From: Vicinamibacteria bacterium
GTDB lineage: Bacteria > Acidobacteriota > Vicinamibacteria > Marinacidobacterales > Marinacidobacteraceae
Direction: 5' to 3'
Assembly (NCBI GenBank): GCA_964291235.2
Contig: OZ219816.1
Location: 704,001-768,000 of the forward strand
DNA length: 64,000 bases
The notes beneath the pieces were generated by a model, which had not been told where the DNA came from, did no database searches, and saw only the letters and a program-made list of their open reading frames with translations. The translations under genes and the position numbers were made by a program. Shown one piece after another: positions 58,708-64,000 of the stretch. Numbering within the stretch: position 1 is the stretch's first letter; each line of letters opens with the position of its first letter.

Positions 58708-58722
58708 TGCCGACCGGAGGTC
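58708..58722 (+). repeat. Right att core, continuing into REP right arm GGCGGTCC
   Basis: Identical to 49892-49906. Confidence 0.8.
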
Positions 58723-58784
58723 GGCGGTCCAGGTCCACGCGCCATGCGGGCTCCCGACTGGCCACGTCTCCTAGAATCCCGGCG

Positions 58785-60110
58785 ATGCGTGTGCTGCGGC
58801 GGAGGCTGCTCGTTGCCGGGGTCGCCGCCCTGGCGCTGGTTCCGGTTCTCTTCGGGGTCCGATTGCTCGACCGGATGGCGCTCGCCTATACGACGGGGCT
58901 GCGGCGGAGTCCGGACAGTCCGGGGTTCGGCGGCGTCATGCCGCCGTCCGACGGACCGCCGCCGGGCGTTGCCTTCATCGGCTTCTCGCAGCCGGCCGAA
59001 GACGCCGACGGCTTCGTGATGCGGCGGGTCACCGCCGAGGGCCGGGAGGCCGGGCTCCGCAGCGGGGACCGGGTCACGTCCGTGGACGGGGTGACGTACC
59101 GCGATGCGAGGGCGGCGATGGGGGGACTGATCAGTACCCGGCTCGCGGGCGAAACGGTGGACCTCACGGTCGTGCGGAGCGGGGAGGAACTCACCCTGCC
59201 ACTCCGCCTCTCGCGCTACGTGCGGCACCCGGCGGACCTGGGCTTGCCCTACGAGGAGGTATCGCTGGCTTCCGGAAGCGGCCACACGCTTCGCGGGTGG
59301 TGGATCCCTCCCCCCGCGGACAGCGATGGAAGAGCGGTGGTGTGGGTCCACGGCGCCCATTCCTCGCGCTACCAGGCGCTCGACCACGGCGCCGAGTTCC
59401 TGCACGCCCGCGGCTACGGCATCCTGACCATGGATCTCTCCGGCCGGGGCTCGAGTGACGGGGAATACATCACCTACACCTGGAACGAGCGTCACGACGT
59501 GGAGTCCGCGGTCCGCTATCTGCGGGAGCGCCAGGACGCCGATCCGTCCCGGGTGGTCATCTTCGGAACCTCGAACGGCGCCGCCTCCGCGATCTATGCG
59601 GCCGCTGAACTCGGGGATCTCCCGGCGCTCGCCCTCGACGCCCCCTATGCGGATCTCTGGCGGGCCGCGGGCTCCATGCTGGAGATGCGCGGCGGCGTTC
59701 CGGCGCTGCGCGGACCGCTCTCGCTCTTCGTGTGGGCGCGGACCGGTCTCCGGATCCGGGAAGTACGGCCCGTCGAAGTGATTGCCGAGATCCCGGGGCC
59801 GGTGCTCTTCCTGCACGGCGACAACGACCGCCAGGTGCCCCCTGAGCACAGCCTGGAGCTTCACGAAGCCCGACTGGCGGCCGACCTGCCTTCCCGGCGC
59901 TGGATACTCCCGGGTGGGGAGCACGGTTTTGACGACTACCCCCCTCGCGGCATCTTCTGGAACCGGGTCGCCGACTTTTTCGACGACGCGCTGGGTGGTC
60001 GTCCACCGGGCCGGGAACTCGGCGGCCCGACCCCGCACACACTCGACGATCCGACCTGGACCGAGAGTGGCGCTTCCCCGAACGCCGTGAACGGCGGCCG
60101 CCTCCAATGA
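58785..60110 (+). CDS. Membrane-anchored PDZ plus alpha/beta hydrolase
   Basis: AGLRSGDRVTSVDG PDZ motif; VHG, DLSGRGSSDG, GTSNGAA, HGDND, GEH. Confidence 0.82.
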   Translation: MRVLRRRLLVAGVAALALVPVLFGVRLLDRMALAYTTGLRRSPDSPGFGGVMPPSDGPPPGVAFIGFSQPAEDADGFVMRRVTAEGREAGLRSGDRVTSVDGVTYRDARAAMGGLISTRLAGETVDLTVVRSGEELTLPLRLSRYVRHPADLGLPYEEVSLASGSGHTLRGWWIPPPADSDGRAVVWVHGAHSSRYQALDHGAEFLHARGYGILTMDLSGRGSSDGEYITYTWNERHDVESAVRYLRERQDADPSRVVIFGTSNGAASAIYAAAELGDLPALALDAPYADLWRAAGSMLEMRGGVPALRGPLSLFVWARTGLRIREVRPVEVIAEIPGPVLFLHGDNDRQVPPEHSLELHEARLAADLPSRRWILPGGEHGFDDYPPRGIFWNRVADFFDDALGGRPPGRELGGPTPHTLDDPTWTESGASPNAVNGGRLQ

Positions 60111-62530
60111 TCGGCCGGATCCCGGCCCGGCGCCTGGCGGAATTCGCCCTTGTGCTGCTGGCTGGCTGTGGAAGTGCAGACATTCAGGAGTCCGCCGTCA
60201 TTGGGCCGGACTCGGGATACGAGGGACTCGCCTCCCGGCTCGCCGATTTCGTCACCGCGGAAATGGAACAAAAGCGGATACCGGCGTTGGCGGTTGCTCT
60301 TACGGATGGTGACCGGATCGTCTGGGCGCGGGGATTCGGCGAGGCGCAACCGGGTATCCCCGCCGATGCCGACACGCTTTTTCGGGTGGGATCGGTTTCG
60401 AAGCTGTTCACCGACATCGCGGTAGTGGCCCGTGGGCGCAAGGGCGAACTGGACCTCGACGGCGAGGTCGCCGGCATCCTGCCCGGCTTCGCCCCCGCCG
60501 AGGTTCCCGAGGAAGGCGGCATCACTCTCCGCCGGCTTATGGCCCACCGGGCGGGACTCGTTCGCGAGCCTCCGGTCGGCCATTACTTTGACGACACGGA
60601 TCCCTCGCTCGCGGAAACCGTCGAAAGTTTGAACGGCGTTCCCCTCGTCTTCCCGCCCGGAACGCGGCAGAAGTACTCGAACGCCGGAATCGCGGTGGTG
60701 GGCAGGGTCCTCGAGCACCTGGCCGGGATGCCCTTCGCCGAGGCAGCCACCGAGGAGGTGCTGGTTCCGCTCGGATTGGAATCCAGTTCTTTTTCGCTCG
60801 CCGCCGCTCCCGCCGAGCGCGTCGCCGAGGCTTCGATGTGGAGCTACGACGGCCGCGCGTTTCGAGCCCCCGACTTCCCTCTCGGCATGGCGCCGGCCGG
60901 GTCCATGGTGACGTCGGTGCGCGACCTGGGCCGTTTTCTGACTCTCCTGGCCGGCGGCGAGCTGCCCGGGGTGCTCGATGGCGACGGGCTCGCCGAGATG
61001 TGGCGGGTGCAGTTCCCCGAGGACAGCGACGACCCCGACGCTCCCGGCTTCGGGCTCGGTTTCTTCGTGAACACTCTGGAAGCCGACACTGCCTCGGGCG
61101 AGCCCTCTTCCTACCGGGTTGTGCGGCACGGTGGAGCGATCTACGGCTACTCCACCGAGCTGGCGTTCTTGCCGGCGGTCGGCCTGGGGGCGGTAGCGGT
61201 CAGCAACGTGGATTTCACGAATGCAGTCGTGGCCCGTATCGCCGAGTTCGCGCTCCGGGGAGCGCTCGCGCTGGATTCGGGAACGGAGGTTTCCTTCCCG
61301 CGGTCCGGGCCGCTTCCCGAGGGGTTGTCGAGAAGACTGCACGGCCTCTATGAAACCGACGCCGGGGTCCGTCTCCGGGTTCTCGACCGCACTGGGCGCG
61401 CCGAAATGGAAGCCGGGAGCGCCACGCTGGAACTTCGCGCCAGTGGGACTCCGGACACCCTCATCGCCGATTCGCGGCTCGCTTACGGTCCCGAGGTCGC
61501 GATCGTCGAAGAGGAGGCCGGCGAGATTCGGGCGCTCGGGATCGGGGAGCGGGTGTTCCGGCGGGTCCCCGACCCCCGTCCGCCCCCTCCGGCCGAGGCG
61601 TTCTTGCCGCTGATCGGGGAGTACGGCTGGGATCACAACATCCTTTTCGTCTTCGAGCGCGACGGTGCGCTCACCGTGCTGATCGAATGGCTCGAGCGCT
61701 ACCCGTTGACCGCCGATGCCGACGATCCGGATCTCTTCCACTTCCCGGACTCGGGGCTCTATCCGGGGGAGTCGCTCCGTTTCCTCCGGGATGCCGAGGG
61801 TGACGTCACCGGAGCGGATCTCTCCGGGATCGTGTTCGCCCGGCGCCCCGGCCCGTCGGCGGGAACCTTCCGCATCGAACCGCTGCTTCCGGCCGCGGAG
61901 CTTCGCCGCCGGGCCGGCGAGGCATCGCCGCCCGTAGAGGAGGGCGATTTCCGCGCGTCGGACCTGGTGCGCCTCACGGATCTGGATTCCAGCATTCGCC
62001 TGGACGTTCGCTACGCCGGAGAGAACAACTTCATGGGCACCGCCTTCTACGAGGTGGCGGATGCCTTCTTGCAGCGTCCGGCCGCCGCGGCGCTCGCCCG
62101 GGCGCATGCCGCGCTGGCCGAACACGGCTATGGGGTGGTGGTCCATGACGGTTACCGTCCGTGGCGCGTGACCAAGATGTTTTTCGACGCCACCCCCGAG
62201 CACCAGCGGATCTTCGTGGCCGATCCCGCCTCCGGATCGCGGCATAACCGCGGGGCGGCCGTGGACATCGGTCTTTACGACCTGACGACCGGCGACGTTC
62301 AGGTCTTCGTATCGGGCTACGACGAATTCTCGGAACGGGCCTTTCCCCGCTACGCCGGCGGAACCTCGGAGCAGCGCTGGCTTCGCGAGTTGCTCCGCCA
62401 GGTCATGGAGGGCGAGGGCTTCGCCGTTTACGAGCACGAGTGGTGGCACTTCGACTACGGGGACTGGCAGCGCTACGGCATCCAGAACGTCCCCCTCCAC
62501 CGCATCGGAGAGGCGGTCCCCGCCCCGTGA
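60107..62530 (+). CDS. Serine beta-lactamase-like hydrolase fused to VanX-type D-Ala-D-Ala dipeptidase, lipoprotein
   Basis: LAGC lipobox; SVSK, YSN, HGG; C-terminal DGYRP, SRHNRGAAVD, EWWHFD. Confidence 0.88.
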   Translation: MIGRIPARRLAEFALVLLAGCGSADIQESAVIGPDSGYEGLASRLADFVTAEMEQKRIPALAVALTDGDRIVWARGFGEAQPGIPADADTLFRVGSVSKLFTDIAVVARGRKGELDLDGEVAGILPGFAPAEVPEEGGITLRRLMAHRAGLVREPPVGHYFDDTDPSLAETVESLNGVPLVFPPGTRQKYSNAGIAVVGRVLEHLAGMPFAEAATEEVLVPLGLESSSFSLAAAPAERVAEASMWSYDGRAFRAPDFPLGMAPAGSMVTSVRDLGRFLTLLAGGELPGVLDGDGLAEMWRVQFPEDSDDPDAPGFGLGFFVNTLEADTASGEPSSYRVVRHGGAIYGYSTELAFLPAVGLGAVAVSNVDFTNAVVARIAEFALRGALALDSGTEVSFPRSGPLPEGLSRRLHGLYETDAGVRLRVLDRTGRAEMEAGSATLELRASGTPDTLIADSRLAYGPEVAIVEEEAGEIRALGIGERVFRRVPDPRPPPPAEAFLPLIGEYGWDHNILFVFERDGALTVLIEWLERYPLTADADDPDLFHFPDSGLYPGESLRFLRDAEGDVTGADLSGIVFARRPGPSAGTFRIEPLLPAAELRRRAGEASPPVEEGDFRASDLVRLTDLDSSIRLDVRYAGENNFMGTAFYEVADAFLQRPAAAALARAHAALAEHGYGVVVHDGYRPWRVTKMFFDATPEHQRIFVADPASGSRHNRGAAVDIGLYDLTTGDVQVFVSGYDEFSERAFPRYAGGTSEQRWLRELLRQVMEGEGFAVYEHEWWHFDYGDWQRYGIQNVPLHRIGEAVPAP

Positions 62531-63252
62531 TTCTCGAGCTGCTTTCGCGCGAAGGCCGGGAGGCGGCCCGGATTCGGCGCGCCGCGAAAACGCTGACCGA
62601 ACGCTACGCCCAGCCGGAGCCCCGGATGGACGCCGCCGAACGGTTGCTGGGGATCGGAACGCCCGAGGCGATCTACCAGCTCGCCCGGCGTTTCACCATT
62701 ACTTCCGGAAATCTGCAACAGGACGATCAGGAAAAGCGCTGGGTCCGCGATCTGCTGGTGGAACTGGGGGAGGGGGCGGTGGCCCCGCTGAAACGGTACG
62801 TGGCGGGCCACGACGAGATCACCTGGGCGATGGACAGCCTCTTGAAGCTCCTCCCGGCCGGTGACTTGGCGGATTTCCTCTTCGAAGTCCTCCAGGACGG
62901 CGACCCGGTAGCGATCCGGGGGTCGAAGGCGACCCAGATTGTCGATTTCCTGGCCGCGCTCGACACGGAAGGGAACGCGGCGGGGGTGGCACGCTGTCTC
63001 AAGAGCAGCGACGACACCGTCCGCATCGCGGCGGTGGCGGCGCTCCGCACCTATGCGGATCCCGGGACCCGCGAAGCGCTCCTCGAGGCTTTTGTTTCCG
63101 GGGAAGAGGACTCCGTAAGGGTCCGGATTGCGATCGCGGAACTCTTCGCCGATCTGGAGTGGGAAATCCGCGGCCATCGCCCCGGAGTCGAGCGGGTGCT
63201 TCCCGACGGTTTCCGGGTCAGTTCCCGTGGCCGGATCCTCCGCGCCGGTTAG
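62527..63252 (+). CDS. HEAT-repeat protein
   Basis: Helical repeats DDTVRIAAVAAL and EDSVRVRIAIAE. Confidence 0.65.
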   Translation: MILELLSREGREAARIRRAAKTLTERYAQPEPRMDAAERLLGIGTPEAIYQLARRFTITSGNLQQDDQEKRWVRDLLVELGEGAVAPLKRYVAGHDEITWAMDSLLKLLPAGDLADFLFEVLQDGDPVAIRGSKATQIVDFLAALDTEGNAAGVARCLKSSDDTVRIAAVAALRTYADPGTREALLEAFVSGEEDSVRVRIAIAELFADLEWEIRGHRPGVERVLPDGFRVSSRGRILRAG

Positions 63253-63291
63253 GGATCGGGTGATCCGGCGCCGGCCGAACCGGAGGCGCTG

Positions 63292-64000
63292 ATGGTCTCG
63301 TTTTCCACCGTCCTGGTGGTTCTCGGGTACCTCGCCGGGATCACCGCATTCGGCATCTGGGTGGGCCGGCGGGACCGCACGGTCACGGGGTTTTTCCTTG
63401 CCGGCCGTTCGGCTCCCTTTTGGGCGGTGGGGGCGTGCGTGGTGGCGACCGAAACCAGCGTCCTCACGTTCACCTCGATTCCGGGGTTCGCCTACGAGGG
63501 GAACTTCGGGTTCCTGCAACTCGCGGCCGGTTTCCTGCTGGGCCGGGTGGGGATCGCCCTGGTGCTCCTGCCGGCGTATTTCCGCGGTGAGGTGGTGACC
63601 ACCTACGAGCTCCTGCTGAAGCGCTTCGGAACCCGGGTTCGGAGTGCGGCGGCGGCGATCTTCCTGGTGTACCGGAACCTGGCCGACGGGGTCCGGCTCC
63701 ACGCGGCGGCGCTCATGGTGGCCATCGTCGCCGGAGTCCCCGAATGGTGGTGCATCGTGGCGCTCGCCGCCGCCATGGTGGTGTTCTCGGAGGAGGGTGG
63801 GGTCAAGGCCACCATCTGGACCGACGTGGTTCAGCTCGGGGTGTACCTCATCGGCGCCGGGGTCATCGTGGCGGCGCTCTGGCACGGAAGCGGTCCCGAG
63901 CCGCTCGCCTGGATTCCGGCCGCCCGGGAAGCCGGGAAATTCGCGGTGGCGGTTCCCGTCTTCGATCTGACCATCCCCTATACGGTGTGGGCTGGCGTGA
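63292..64000 (+). CDS. Sodium:solute symporter (partial, runs off window)
   Basis: FFLAGRSAPFWAV, ATETSVLTF..PG..Y, TTYELL..RFG, GGVKATIWTDVVQ. Confidence 0.88.
   Translation, partial: MVSFSTVLVVLGYLAGITAFGIWVGRRDRTVTGFFLAGRSAPFWAVGACVVATETSVLTFTSIPGFAYEGNFGFLQLAAGFLLGRVGIALVLLPAYFRGEVVTTYELLLKRFGTRVRSAAAAIFLVYRNLADGVRLHAAALMVAIVAGVPEWWCIVALAAAMVVFSEEGGVKATIWTDVVQLGVYLIGAGVIVAALWHGSGPEPLAWIPAAREAGKFAVAVPVFDLTIPYTVWAGV

Larger units (their letters stand above)
49892..58722. mobile_element. Integrative mobilizable element (tyrosine integrase plus ColE1-like mob)
   Basis: 15-bp direct repeat TGCCGACCGGAGGTC at both ends, IHF sites, integrase, relaxosome genes, oriT-like palindrome; no T4SS or phage structural genes. 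Confidence 0.85.

Noticed and set aside
49892-58722. Prophage or ICE
   Set aside because: No capsid, terminase, tail or T4SS genes; content fits a mobilizable island.
58644-58784. N-terminal extension of the PDZ-hydrolase ORF
   Set aside because: It runs through the att site and REP; ATG 58785 before the TM segment is the more plausible start.

Overview
High-GC bacterial chromosome segment. An Acidobacteriota-like lineage is my inference from gene order and the VPS10, BshA and serine-hydrolase content; it is not established. Most of the window is housekeeping: yceD-rpmF-fabD-fabG-acpP-fabF, mutY-leuS-lptE-holA, mgtE-recO-glyQ-glyS-mutL and bshA. These are interspersed with three toxin-antitoxin pairs, a structured MITE family sitting on stop codons and a REP/BIME-like repeat family. 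The most striking feature is a ~8.8 kb integrative mobilizable element (49892-58722). It is bounded by a 15-bp direct repeat that is part of a REP hairpin rather than a tRNA, and it has inverted IHF-consensus sites near both ends. It encodes a tyrosine integrase, its own HU/IHF protein, a ColE1-like mobC-relaxase-mbeB-mbeD module with a candidate oriT, and a large surface lipoprotein whose start codon is put out of frame by an 11-unit CA dinucleotide tract (phase-variation candidate). All product calls come from motif recognition by eye; no database searches were run.
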